Under the pieces are notes generated by a model. The model was given only the letters and a program-made list of their open reading frames with translations. It did no database searches and had not been told where the DNA came from. A DNA stretch of 64,000 bases from a virus. Position 1 is the stretch's first letter. Each line of letters starts with the position of its first letter. This document shows, piece after piece, positions 29,634 through 39,837 of this stretch. The stretch spans positions 1-64,000 of the IMG/VR virus record IMGVR_UViG_3300033553_000116; one strand, given 5' to 3'. Made by a program: the position numbers and the translations under genes.

Positions 29634-31127
29634 ATGTCAGAAGAACAGACAATACCAGAAACTGAGAACAACCCAGATCTGAAGGATACATCAGATCAGC
29701 CCGAGCAAGGGTATGGTAAGGTTACAATGGATCAAGATCCAGTAACTGTAACTAAAGATGTTAAGCTTACTGCAGACGATATTAAAGAGCACATTTTATC
29801 TTTCCTTAACTTAGACGTTGCCGGACTTGATAAGATTGCAGAAGACTGGCCTGCTGTTGATGCCAATGCTACTGACAATGATGCTAGAGTTTGGATGGCT
29901 TCATACATTGAAGGTATTGGTAATCTACTCAAATCAAATTCATTAAGTTCATCAGTTGAGCGTGAGGGTGCTAACTGGCGACAAAAGGTTGAGCATGAAG
30001 GCGAGAAGCTTGGTGCATCACGCCCTAGATTCGGTGAAAGCACTAGCGGTAAGATTAGTGGTGAACGTGCCCTAATGAAAGCATCTGATGTTTTAGGTCT
30101 AGGTTCAACTGTTGTAATTCCATTATGGCATAGTGGTATCTGGGTAACTATTAAAGCACCTAGTGAATCAGCACTACTTGAACTTGAGCGTAGAATTGCT
30201 AGTGAGAAGATTGACTTAGGTAGACATACAAGCGGGATGATCTTTTCTAACAGCACAATCTATACAACTAGTTATGCGGTGAACTTTGTACTGAATCACA
30301 TTTATGATGCCAGTGTTAAGAACCTTAGTCAGAGCTATTTAAAGTCTGTTATTAAAGTTGACGACATTCCACTGCTTCTATGGGGTATGGCTAGTGCAAT
30401 CTATCCTTCAGGGTATGATTATGCTAGACCGTGTACTACTAACCCTGGTGAATGTACTCACACTGTTACCGGTAAGCTATCTCTTCCAAAACTATTCTGG
30501 ACAGATAACGAAGCATTGAGTCATTGGCAACGTAAGCATATGTCTGACCGTAGTGCTAAGTGGGATGATGCAGCTCTTGAAAAATATCAGAACGAACATA
30601 TCCGTGGTGGTGACTTTACTTTAGAGTTACATTCTGAACTGAGTGTTACACTTGCGGTCCCTACTATTCAGCAATATGAAACAGCTGGGTTTGGTTGGGT
30701 TGATAATATTGTTAAACTACTTGAAGGTTCTTTAGGTGTATCTCTAACTGGTAGAGAGCGCGATGAATACATTATTGATCAAGGTAAACTAACTACCTTA
30801 CGTCAGTATGCTCATTGGGTTAAAAGCTTTACCTTAGGTGATTCAATCGTTGAAGACTTTGATACAATCGAAGGTCTTTTAGACAACCTATCAGCTAGCG
30901 AAGAAATTAGTGATAAATTCTTTAATGGTGTCGGTGCATACATTGATAAGAGTGTAATCTCTGTAATCGCAATTCCTAAGTATGACTGCCCAGCATGTGG
31001 TACACCTCAGGAAGGAGATGTTAATCAGGAGTTCCATCCTCATCTATTACCTTTGGATGTGGTGAGAATTTTTTTTACCCTTCTCGACCATCGGATATTC
31101 AAGGCGTTAACAGCGCGCAAGATGTAG
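29634..31127 (+). CDS. phiKZ gp77-like protein; putative tail/baseplate-hub assembly chaperone (T4 gp26/gp51-like)
   Basis: IPLWHSGIW, IYP.G..Y..PC, LRQYAHW and CPACG motifs; ends ...RIFFTLL. Function inferred. Confidence 0.65.
   Translation: MSEEQTIPETENNPDLKDTSDQPEQGYGKVTMDQDPVTVTKDVKLTADDIKEHILSFLNLDVAGLDKIAEDWPAVDANATDNDARVWMASYIEGIGNLLKSNSLSSSVEREGANWRQKVEHEGEKLGASRPRFGESTSGKISGERALMKASDVLGLGSTVVIPLWHSGIWVTIKAPSESALLELERRIASEKIDLGRHTSGMIFSNSTIYTTSYAVNFVLNHIYDASVKNLSQSYLKSVIKVDDIPLLLWGMASAIYPSGYDYARPCTTNPGECTHTVTGKLSLPKLFWTDNEALSHWQRKHMSDRSAKWDDAALEKYQNEHIRGGDFTLELHSELSVTLAVPTIQQYETAGFGWVDNIVKLLEGSLGVSLTGRERDEYIIDQGKLTTLRQYAHWVKSFTLGDSIVEDFDTIEGLLDNLSASEEISDKFFNGVGAYIDKSVISVIAIPKYDCPACGTPQEGDVNQEFHPHLLPLDVVRIFFTLLDHRIFKALTARKM
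31070..31076 (+). other. Candidate -1 ribosomal frameshift heptamer T TTT TTT
   Basis: In register with the 29634 frame; -1 frame open 31025-31561. Confidence 0.65.
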
Positions 31128-31561
31128 AGCTAGATCAGGAAGATCCAAACGGACATGTCTTATATCGGCAGTTTGGTTTGGTTAAATCTGAAGGCCCTAC
31201 AGAAGTGGACAAGATCCTCACTGAAGTAAAGAACGTAGATAGCATCTCAGCTCAACTCCTTTTAAGAGAAGCATATGAGATGACCTACGGGCTTATAGAT
31301 GAAGCTGAGGAAAATCCACACCCATGGGAATTAGTCTCCACCACCCCCAAGGAGGAGATTAATAAATATGGTCCGCTGTATAGAACATTGAGAGCGTATA
31401 GACTCAACAATGTTAATGATAAGTTTGGATACTCCTTTACTGAATTCCTTGCATTGCCAAGGAATCTAGTGGATGAGATCTTTACTATCTGTGAAGAAGA
31501 AGCTGTGGTTGAGGCAAAGGCTGTGGCTAGTGTCAGTAAAGATCTGTCGTCTAGTAAATAG
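31076..31561 (+). CDS. Probable frameshift extension of 29634..31127 (ORF track gives TTG 31178)
   Basis: No ATG until 31280 and no clear RBS; FGYSFTEFLALP motif. Confidence 0.6.
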   Translation, partial: YPSRPSDIQGVNSAQDVELDQEDPNGHVLYRQFGLVKSEGPTEVDKILTEVKNVDSISAQLLLREAYEMTYGLIDEAEENPHPWELVSTTPKEEINKYGPLYRTLRAYRLNNVNDKFGYSFTEFLALPRNLVDEIFTICEEEAVVEAKAVASVSKDLSSSK

Positions 31562-31603
31562 CATAATCCGAGTACTCCGTAATGGGGTACTCTTTTATGC
31601 CGC
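31561..31603. terminator. Terminator with GCATAA/TTATGC flanks
   Basis: gagtactcc/ggggtactc stem. Confidence 0.7.
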
Positions 31604-31629
31604 AGTACGATCCCATAAATTTGAAGAAC

Positions 31630-31647
31630 TATATTACTATAATGAAT
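31630..31647 (+). promoter_or_regulatory. Early promoter driving the paralog array
   Basis: TATATTACTATAATGAAT. Confidence 0.8.
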
Positions 31648-31667
31648 AGATAGCAATATACTAAATA

Positions 31668-32135
31668 ATGAGAGAGATCAGAATGGAAAAGAATATAGCT
31701 ACCTCACGAATTAAAGAACTCAATGAGCTTAAAGCCATTGGTATGTCTGAAAGCATTACTTTAGAAGAAAGACAAAGCGAACTAGTCGAATTGTTTGCTC
31801 AATACCTTGCTGATGGTGTATCGGGTATATTAGTAGCCAACATGAACACTCAGGCAAGACTTGGCCTTGAACTACGGTTAGAGTATCCTGGTGAACTTTT
31901 TGCACGATACGTAGAGCGCATTGGCAAAACTGAACGAGGCATTGCTACGGTAGATGAACTAACAATACTTAGTATGGCTAGTCCAGATAGGGATGAGTTT
32001 AATAAACGTATGTCCGATGACATAGTGACTATCAGAATGATGGAGTTACTATTCACCAATAGCCCATATTTGGTGGCTGACTGGGTAAGTGATGAAGAGG
32101 CTGTCGTAGTAACTGTAAAGTCAGAGGAGGAATAA
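31668..32135 (+). CDS. Early paralog-array member 1
   Basis: C-terminal ELLFTNSPYLVADW. Confidence 0.65.
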   Translation: MREIRMEKNIATSRIKELNELKAIGMSESITLEERQSELVELFAQYLADGVSGILVANMNTQARLGLELRLEYPGELFARYVERIGKTERGIATVDELTILSMASPDRDEFNKRMSDDIVTIRMMELLFTNSPYLVADWVSDEEAVVVTVKSEEE

Positions 32136-32137
32136 AA

Positions 32138-32656
32138 GTGCCAAAGAACACACTGCCGGTAATGAGACTATCTGATGCATGGACAGTTTTAGCGATTACT
32201 GATGAATGGGGCGACATGGATATTACTAAGGTAACTGATCCAGCTAGTACAATAGCTGAGGTCGATAAGGAAAAGAATGATATCCACCAAAGTGAAGAAG
32301 TTGTAGAAGGTAGTGAGGGTAGACGTATATTTGTATTTCTTAGTTTACAACTCGCTGAAATTATTACAAACCACATCATTGAAAGTTTATGGATGCAGGC
32401 ACGTACGGCCAATGAGCCAAAACGTAGTTATAGTAATTCAGAAGTCCTTAACATGATTGACGAAGCAGTAACAACTATACCTTCGTGGTCAGACTTCTGT
32501 GTATTGATAGGTCAGCCAACTAGCACAAGGCTACGTGCATCTCAGCGGAAATTTCTACATGCTGGCATAAAAGAAGACCTCTTCTCTGATAGAAAAGGCT
32601 TCTCAGTTAAATGGTCAGATTTTAGCTCTAAGGCACTGACTGTTAGTTTAGAATAA
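32138..32656 (+). CDS. Early paralog-array member 2
   Basis: C-terminal DLFSDRKGFSVKW; GAGGAGG RBS. Confidence 0.65.
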   Translation: MPKNTLPVMRLSDAWTVLAITDEWGDMDITKVTDPASTIAEVDKEKNDIHQSEEVVEGSEGRRIFVFLSLQLAEIITNHIIESLWMQARTANEPKRSYSNSEVLNMIDEAVTTIPSWSDFCVLIGQPTSTRLRASQRKFLHAGIKEDLFSDRKGFSVKWSDFSSKALTVSLE

Positions 32657-32680
32657 TTAATTAAAAAATGGAATAATAAA

Positions 32681-33172
32681 ATGAACAGATCATTACTTGA
32701 AAAATATACAGAGCAGGTAGATCCCAAAAATCTACTGAATGCCCTCTCAGCTAAGTATCCTAAGTATACTGCTGGAGAGAACTTTAAAAAGGAAGAGTTA
32801 GATGTCATGGACATTGAGGAACTAGAGGAACTAATAATAGAAGGAATTATTAAAACTCTAGAACACACTGCAATACTTACACTAATATTAAAAAATGAAG
32901 AACATCGTGATCCAGTAACACTTATGGATATTCCTAACCTAATGAGGGTATTGGTAATACTCCACCCTAGTGAGTTCGGATTGTTAGAAAGTACATATGC
33001 AAAGGCTACTGAGAATTGTGTCCCACCGCATATCGACGATATAGTACCAACCATAGGCCGTAATATAGATTCACTAATCTTTGTTAATGAGCCACACATC
33101 AAGGTAAGTTGGGTTAGATCAAACCCACCTACTAAACTAAGTCCCGATTTACAAATTGAATTAATCCAATAG
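32681..33172 (+). CDS. Early paralog-array member 3
   Basis: C-terminal SLIFVNEPHIKVSW. Confidence 0.65.
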   Translation: MNRSLLEKYTEQVDPKNLLNALSAKYPKYTAGENFKKEELDVMDIEELEELIIEGIIKTLEHTAILTLILKNEEHRDPVTLMDIPNLMRVLVILHPSEFGLLESTYAKATENCVPPHIDDIVPTIGRNIDSLIFVNEPHIKVSWVRSNPPTKLSPDLQIELIQ

Positions 33173-33643
33173 GTGACCGCCATGACTCTAGATGTACATA
33201 GAAACCCAGCAATCGATATTAATACCTTGAACAATAAAGCAGAGGCCATCAGACGAATTCCACCAACTGAACTATATGTCCACTCTATGGGTTTTAGTAC
33301 ATTGGAGACACATTTAAAGCAGCTTATCTCTAGACAATTCGAGATAGCTGCACTAATGGATTTGCAGGATGTAATTCAAGATGGCGAATCTGCTTCATTG
33401 AGATTACCTATTACAAGTCTACTTACCATAGTGCACCGCATTATAGATAACATACATAGTGGGCTATTAAACCATTATGAGAAAGTATCTCCTTTCTCAA
33501 ACGCTAAAATGTCATTAGCACTTAAAACAATCTCTGACTTCGAGAAATCTATTTTTAGATCCGATGTATCACTTACTGTTATCTGGATCTTAGAGTCAGG
33601 TCTACCAATGGAACTTGGCATTATTTATAATAGTAGGAAATAG
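33173..33643 (+). CDS. Early paralog-array member 4 (probable start ATG 33182)
   Basis: C-terminal SIFRSDVSLTVIW; in frame with member 3 across a single TAG. Confidence 0.6.
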   Translation: MTAMTLDVHRNPAIDINTLNNKAEAIRRIPPTELYVHSMGFSTLETHLKQLISRQFEIAALMDLQDVIQDGESASLRLPITSLLTIVHRIIDNIHSGLLNHYEKVSPFSNAKMSLALKTISDFEKSIFRSDVSLTVIWILESGLPMELGIIYNSRK

Positions 33644-33646
33644 AAA

Positions 33647-34134
33647 ATGAAACCAGCCTACAATTCAAATGCAGCTATTGTTGAGTATGAAGAAATTATA
33701 GCTAGTAAAAATATTACACATACTAACTTCGATACTAAATCTAAAACAGTAGAAGAGTTTGAAGAAGGTATGGTTAGACATATTAACCAAGTACTTGAAG
33801 TTTCTCTTTTAAAAATAGCTATTAAAACTATAGCTAACCGCAAAAAGGATACTCAAAAACAATTGCAGTATACACACGTTCAGGTTTGACAAAGATAGTA
33901 TCTAGTATACTTCCTAGTCTTTTACCTGAACGTCAGGCTAAGTATATGGAACTTAAAACAGGTACCTTTTCACCTGATAAAATAATGGATCTATACTTCG
34001 AAAGATCTCCGGAACTATTGTTTAAAGATAATCCTACACTTTCAACTGTATGTTCAACAGCATATCAACCTTTACCTGACTCTATGTTAGATGTAAAAGT
34101 AAAGGCCATTTATCTGATGCATCACCCTATATAA
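33647..34134 (+). pseudogene. Early paralog-array member 5, split by a -1 frameshift near 33842-33860
   Basis: ORFs 33647..33889 and 33886..34134 together align end to end with member 3; second frame open from 33838. Confidence 0.65.
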
Positions 34135-34160
34135 GGGTCATCAAACGAGGACTCAGTAAA

Positions 34161-34607
34161 ATGACAGTTTTAAACGATACAGCAGAGAAGCTTTTCGATA
34201 AATTCACAAATTACCGTAATTCAGTAATGACCAACCCTGTCACACATCAGCCTCCCACAACCCAGTTAGAGATGGTTGAGGAGTTACTAGAGCATGTTCA
34301 TAACAACCTATCCTGTTTAATACTCCATCGATTGGGCGGTATCATAGAGGAAGTACCACGTAAGTACTACATATTAACTACCGAACGTGCTGAGCGTGAA
34401 TTAAATGGTAGTTTGTGGCAGATAGCAGATGGTTGGATTGATGAGTTTAATTCACTTGGTTCAGTAGTCTATTCACACTCTGCTTTAACAAAGATGATTG
34501 AAGCCATGTCATCAAAGGGTTTCCATGAGGATGACCCAAGCATTGTTTTTGAATTACTAACTAACGGTGATATGTATTTCACTTACGATCTTGAAAAGGA
34601 CGTATAA
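34161..34607 (+). CDS. Early paralog-array member 6 (most divergent)
   Basis: GAGGA RBS; GFHEDDPSIVF. Confidence 0.6.
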   Translation: MTVLNDTAEKLFDKFTNYRNSVMTNPVTHQPPTTQLEMVEELLEHVHNNLSCLILHRLGGIIEEVPRKYYILTTERAERELNGSLWQIADGWIDEFNSLGSVVYSHSALTKMIEAMSSKGFHEDDPSIVFELLTNGDMYFTYDLEKDV

Positions 34608-34616
34608 CCAAAAGCA

Positions 34617-34669
34617 CATAAAGAGCACCCCCTTTCGGGAGTGCTCTTATGCTTATCTTTTTTTTTTTT
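34617..34669. terminator. Bidirectional terminator
   Basis: aagagcac.cc/gg.gtgctctt stem plus long T run. Confidence 0.8.
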
Positions 34670-37575
34670 TAGTTTTCGTGTCTAATAAACAACACTTCAA
34701 CATCATCAACTACTTTATAAGTACCGTCCAAATCAATACTCAACTTCTTACGAATTGAACATCTATCTGTTTTATCAATGATACTGATAGTAGCGAAGTC
34801 ATGTACACCACCAAGACCTTTTAAATCTATTGCTATTACATCGTCTCCAGCGGATGCTGTTAACTTAGATATAATCTCATTAGTTTTAATCCTAGTCTTA
34901 GAAAGTTCACTTGACAATACATCAATAGCCAAATGCTTTAAGCTATCACGTAAGAACACATCATCAAACTTCTCTCTATTCAAATAAAACGAAACAGTAA
35001 ATGCTTGCTCTAAGTTAAGAGTTGTTTCTTCACCGTCCAATACCAAGAACTTAGAGTTACCGAATGTTCTCTGAGGATACAGTAACATTTCAGTTTGCTC
35101 GATTAGCCATTCTCTAAATTCAGCAACATCGTTCTCTAACCAACTTACAATAGACTTAGGTAACTCTTTCAAGTAATCCAAATCCTTAGGGAACGTACTG
35201 AATAGATATCTACCATCAATTAAGAACATGTCCAACTCACGCAAGACACTTCTCACATTATCAATAATTGGCTTACCGTTAATATCTAATACCGGATCTC
35301 CAATTTTGTGTTTGATTGCATGATATCCATTCTCATCCAAAATAGGATCACCCTTTGTAAATAAGAGTGTAGTAGTTAAATCGCCTGTTACCGGATCTCT
35401 AGTTAATACCACAGCCCCAGTATTAGCATCACGTACATAGATGTTCTTATCGTAATAACTATAGACAGTCGTCTCATACACTTGATATATATTAGATTCA
35501 AGAACTGACCTAGATCTATTCCAGAATCCATCTAGGTGTGTACCAAATTTAATACCTATACGTTCATGCACTACACCTCTATCATAATCAGAAACCAAAT
35601 ATGACAAAGGTCTATAATTAAGTGATGGTAGTTCATTACCAATTTCTCTAATATAGTAGACTAAGTCAAAGACCATATTTAAAGGAACATTATAGTTAAG
35701 TATATCGTTAGAGTACATTTTGAAACCATTAAGTATCAAATTATGATCCTTGTCAATATCAAAGTTTGTACTTAAGTCAAACTCATAGATTCTCTCACCG
35801 TCACCCTTAGTGGCTAAAAGAGTACCTTCTAAAAATGCCTCAGACCTTTGGTCAGTTGGAGTAAAGCTTAATAAAGGCATTACACGATAATCAGGTAACT
35901 CTTTAATAACAGTATCTGACTTAGTAGTTATCTGTAACACATACCCAGTTTCCTTTTTACGGATACTGAATGTATCTGTACTAATATAAATACCTAAATC
36001 AATATTCTCTTCAACAAACTCTTTATGACGTTCACTAGGATCATCCAAGTAATATGCGCGAGTCTCAAAGAACTTATCACCGGCATCCAATACATAGTGA
36101 AATGGAGTAAACAGATAATTGGAGTCATTGATAATATCAACATACTCTATACCTGTTAAGCTTTCGAGGGCAAGACGTTCACCATTAGGAACTAGCTTTA
36201 AAATACCATTCTCTAATTTAAATAACGTATTAGGGGAAATCGTTATTCCTGCACCGTTATCGTAAACCCCTAGCCTATCTACTAATTCACCGTAACTTGT
36301 CTGTAGTGTCCCTATGACGGAGCTTGCAGCGCTAGATGTATTAGTGTTTGCTGGCACTGGTAACTTTCTACTAGCTAAGTAGACACGATTGGTTACATTA
36401 TCAATATCTTTAATAGATTCATATCCACGATTAGCTAATCTAGTTGAGAGTTGTACATCTGTAATAGGTATCTGAGAATCACCTAATGCATTATTTAAAA
36501 CACGTTCTCTAAGCTCACCAAAAGGAATAGCAACAACACCGCCATTAACAGCAGCATCTGAAAATACAGCCATATTACTAAACGAGTTAAGGGGTGTAGC
36601 AAATGCATCAGTCTCATCGCCCAAGTCTCTATCAATCCATCTAGCAGTGAACGCATTGATTTGATAACTGTCAAGAAGTAGGTCTAACTTACCTTTGGTG
36701 GTATAGATATCCATACGGACAGTCCCTGTAATAAGACCTGCATCTAAGTATACTTGAGGGATACTTATCTTAATACGATTATCATAAACCTTTAATACTG
36801 CAGTCACTACAGTTGGATCAAATACCTGATCAGTATGAGTAGTCTTAATCTCAGACCATTGATCAAGTCCCAAAGATCTATAAACACGGCAGTAATAAAA
36901 ATCATCTTCGAAGGGATATGTTTCTTCAAACGCTACCGCTTTAGATATCTGATTGTATTTAGACTTTATAATAAACTGACTAACTGGAACCTTGATTCGA
37001 ATATAGTCTTCACCTTCAATGTTTACAGTATCCCATTCAGCAATATTATCTTTTAGGACTTCCAATGGAGATGGGTCACTTCCATCATAAACAACTTGTA
37101 TTCCACCATAGTCCATAACACGCATCTCAACAGGATACTGCATTGTGAATACATAATCAGCAATCTTAAATTCTGTATGTTTTGGGATAACTAATTTATT
37201 TATACCTAGGGTACCTGATGGAATTGCCTTAGCGGTAACTTCAGCTTTATTAAATAGCATTGTGAAAGTAGTTCTACTAGGAGATGCAAATCTACCTATG
37301 TAATCTTTATCAGACATATGCATGTAAAGCTCATCTTCTGTGACGGCCATAGATGGATACTGCATTCTAGTCTGTGCTTCAAAGTGAACCATAGCAGCAG
37401 ATGTATTAACTGCACTTGATTCCATTAGGAAAACAAAAGGGTTAGATGGATCTACTACATCTATTGTTCCAGCTGATACAGACTCTAAAGTCTCTAATGC
37501 CAAACGCTGTATAGCAGCCGAGTTGTATCTAACGGTTTGGATTGATTCTTTTAATCTAGAAATTGGTGTATTCAT
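34669..37575 (-). CDS. Large virion structural protein, baseplate wedge-like (phiKZ gp87-like)
   Basis: 968 aa; DPSNPFVFLME, LYMHMSDKDY and THTDQVFDP motifs. Confidence 0.75.
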   Translation of the reverse strand: MNTPISRLKESIQTVRYNSAAIQRLALETLESVSAGTIDVVDPSNPFVFLMESSAVNTSAAMVHFEAQTRMQYPSMAVTEDELYMHMSDKDYIGRFASPSRTTFTMLFNKAEVTAKAIPSGTLGINKLVIPKHTEFKIADYVFTMQYPVEMRVMDYGGIQVVYDGSDPSPLEVLKDNIAEWDTVNIEGEDYIRIKVPVSQFIIKSKYNQISKAVAFEETYPFEDDFYYCRVYRSLGLDQWSEIKTTHTDQVFDPTVVTAVLKVYDNRIKISIPQVYLDAGLITGTVRMDIYTTKGKLDLLLDSYQINAFTARWIDRDLGDETDAFATPLNSFSNMAVFSDAAVNGGVVAIPFGELRERVLNNALGDSQIPITDVQLSTRLANRGYESIKDIDNVTNRVYLASRKLPVPANTNTSSAASSVIGTLQTSYGELVDRLGVYDNGAGITISPNTLFKLENGILKLVPNGERLALESLTGIEYVDIINDSNYLFTPFHYVLDAGDKFFETRAYYLDDPSERHKEFVEENIDLGIYISTDTFSIRKKETGYVLQITTKSDTVIKELPDYRVMPLLSFTPTDQRSEAFLEGTLLATKGDGERIYEFDLSTNFDIDKDHNLILNGFKMYSNDILNYNVPLNMVFDLVYYIREIGNELPSLNYRPLSYLVSDYDRGVVHERIGIKFGTHLDGFWNRSRSVLESNIYQVYETTVYSYYDKNIYVRDANTGAVVLTRDPVTGDLTTTLLFTKGDPILDENGYHAIKHKIGDPVLDINGKPIIDNVRSVLRELDMFLIDGRYLFSTFPKDLDYLKELPKSIVSWLENDVAEFREWLIEQTEMLLYPQRTFGNSKFLVLDGEETTLNLEQAFTVSFYLNREKFDDVFLRDSLKHLAIDVLSSELSKTRIKTNEIISKLTASAGDDVIAIDLKGLGGVHDFATISIIDKTDRCSIRKKLSIDLDGTYKVVDDVEVLFIRHEN

Positions 37576-38711
37576 TTAGAAATAATCCCTTTTAATAATA
37601 ATTCGTTTATTGCATTAGTGTAGTCATCATAACTAGCATACCACTCCAACTCCATTGTCTTAGGCTCTATCCTTGGATGAAGTTTATGTCCTAAGTACTT
37701 ACTTAGTGTGCTACCTATCATTCCATAAATAGGATATTCCTTTCTAGCACTAATCTTAAACATGAAGTCGCGGATTCCATCGCTCATTTCTGGGTTCTTA
37801 CCTTCAACAGTTAAGTTAAACTCTTTAACTAAAATTGGATCTAGGTAATTGACACCGATACATCTAAAAGGAATACTAATCTGATCATTATCTGAATTGA
37901 ATTCCGATTCAGCAGAATAGTTAAAGGACGCCCCTAATGGAGATGCCATAGGAAACGATGCACCACACGCTGCAATCTTCTGTACGTAAGTATTTGTTTC
38001 ATCCATTACTAGTCTATAAATACGAGACATGTAATCAATCTCATTATTTAAAATTAGATCTGGATAAGGTACCATTGTGCCGTCATAGACCATCGAAGAG
38101 TAGACTACCCATATAGTAAAAAGTAATGTTATAGGATCACCTTGTATGTTTTGGAAGTTGGCGGTGATATCAAACGTGTTATATAGGTGGCTTGTGCCGT
38201 CTACCATACTGTAAGATTCCTTATAAACACCCTCTTTTGAGGTGTAGGTATCTACTGCGATATCAGGCCAACCCGACATACTAATTAAGTTATTAGTTAA
38301 GACAGGTATGAAAGCCTGACTTTGTTCAAAGATAGCAGATTTGACAGGAGCTGGACCGTAGCGTTCACTTCTCGGATCTAGCATACATCTTAGAGCTCTA
38401 GCCATACTACTATCATCATCAGATAATAAAGGAGATAACATTCTAACAGCTGCTATATTTTCATCTGTTAAGTTCAGGTCAGGTCTAGTAAAAAAGGTAT
38501 AACCGTGTGCATCTTTATTCTTAGGTGCTGCAGTACCAGTTTTGTGTGTATTAATACCACGTAAGTTATCTGTCTGGGCAGTAGTTAATCCGCCATAGCC
38601 GCCAATCTTAGAAATGAAGTCCACTTCGAGTTTTGCATCGCCTCTACCTAGGGGTTTATCATCTCTACCTAGTAGGTTATCTTCTATACTTAGTAAGTCG
38701 TCGTTACTCAT
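37572..38711 (-). CDS. Virion structural protein, tube/baseplate-like (phiKZ gp88-like)
   Basis: GYTFFTRPDLNL, GWPD and IDY..RIYRLVMD motifs. Confidence 0.75.
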   Translation of the reverse strand: MSNDDLLSIEDNLLGRDDKPLGRGDAKLEVDFISKIGGYGGLTTAQTDNLRGINTHKTGTAAPKNKDAHGYTFFTRPDLNLTDENIAAVRMLSPLLSDDDSSMARALRCMLDPRSERYGPAPVKSAIFEQSQAFIPVLTNNLISMSGWPDIAVDTYTSKEGVYKESYSMVDGTSHLYNTFDITANFQNIQGDPITLLFTIWVVYSSMVYDGTMVPYPDLILNNEIDYMSRIYRLVMDETNTYVQKIAACGASFPMASPLGASFNYSAESEFNSDNDQISIPFRCIGVNYLDPILVKEFNLTVEGKNPEMSDGIRDFMFKISARKEYPIYGMIGSTLSKYLGHKLHPRIEPKTMELEWYASYDDYTNAINELLLKGIISK

Positions 38712-38733
38712 TTTATCCCCAAGGAATTTTTAA

Positions 38734-39837
38734 ATGTCAAAAAATAATATTGAAACAGCACTAGAGTTAGTGGGTAAACTACCAGAGCTAGCCCGTGCGG
38801 CTAAGGGTGGTTCTTTAATCGAGTACACTCAAGCCACTAGAGTAGAACCAATTGTCCTAATGGACGAAAAGGTTTCTAACCTATCAATGATGCCTGACGT
38901 CATGCAAACACTAACCTCTATCTTTGCGGGTTATTATTTACAAGCCGTGGCGTTGTCTGTTAATGTAGGGTCAGTTAATGTACTATCTTTATTAGATAGT
39001 TTAAACCCAGATAGAGACCCTTGGTTTAGTGGTGCTGAAGCAGCTAAAGGCTGGGCTATGGAACAGCTATCCTCATATGAATACGGATTACCTTTACCTG
39101 GTGAAGCAGTTGGCTTAGAACACTTCGGTATAGAATCTAAATCAGAGTCTAAGTATAGTAAGGATGCCGTTACAAACAAAGATAGCTTACAAGTAGTTAG
39201 AACACCTAGCAATCTAGCAGTAGGTAAACTCATTGAAGTTAACATTGAGAGCAATGGTCAGAAGGCTACATTCCCTATCTCTATCCGTATGATTCCAGTA
39301 ATGGCTAAGTCTGTTGACATGGTTCGTACAATGTCAATTGGTTCTACTGACATTAGTTTCATGGGCCGCATTCATGCATGGCGTTCAGGTCAGATTGAGT
39401 TTGTTAAAGATTTAATTCTTTGTCAAGATCTAATCACTGATCATAAGAAAGGTCTCATTAAAGATGATGGTGGTATTTATACACAGACTATGAAGCGTAA
39501 GAACAAAAATAGACTGTCTGCCTTATTTAGTAAAACTATTTCTGTTTCTACTGCATCTAACATTTTGATTATCTCCGAGTCCACTAAGAAAGAACTTGAA
39601 AGACAAATCAACGGTAAGCTTAAGCACTTTAAGACTCGTGAGAAAATGTTTAGCGATACGTACACAATGCTATTAGTAGTAATTGATCCAGATTGGGAAG
39701 GCATTACTATTTATCATAGAAGCATCGAGACAGAAACTGAAGTCACTGCGTCAGATATGAAGCAGATGGGTAAGAAAGATGTTGATGTTGGCGAAATCCT
39801 AAAAGCATATACTTTAGGTAATGCACCAAGCTTCTAA
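38734..39837 (+). CDS. Internal head/inner-body protein (phiKZ gp89-like)
   Basis: RVEP, F.GYYLQA, L..LNP.R and NLAVGK motifs; AME/GLE protease sites. Confidence 0.75.
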   Translation: MSKNNIETALELVGKLPELARAAKGGSLIEYTQATRVEPIVLMDEKVSNLSMMPDVMQTLTSIFAGYYLQAVALSVNVGSVNVLSLLDSLNPDRDPWFSGAEAAKGWAMEQLSSYEYGLPLPGEAVGLEHFGIESKSESKYSKDAVTNKDSLQVVRTPSNLAVGKLIEVNIESNGQKATFPISIRMIPVMAKSVDMVRTMSIGSTDISFMGRIHAWRSGQIEFVKDLILCQDLITDHKKGLIKDDGGIYTQTMKRKNKNRLSALFSKTISVSTASNILIISESTKKELERQINGKLKHFKTREKMFSDTYTMLLVVIDPDWEGITIYHRSIETETEVTASDMKQMGKKDVDVGEILKAYTLGNAPSF

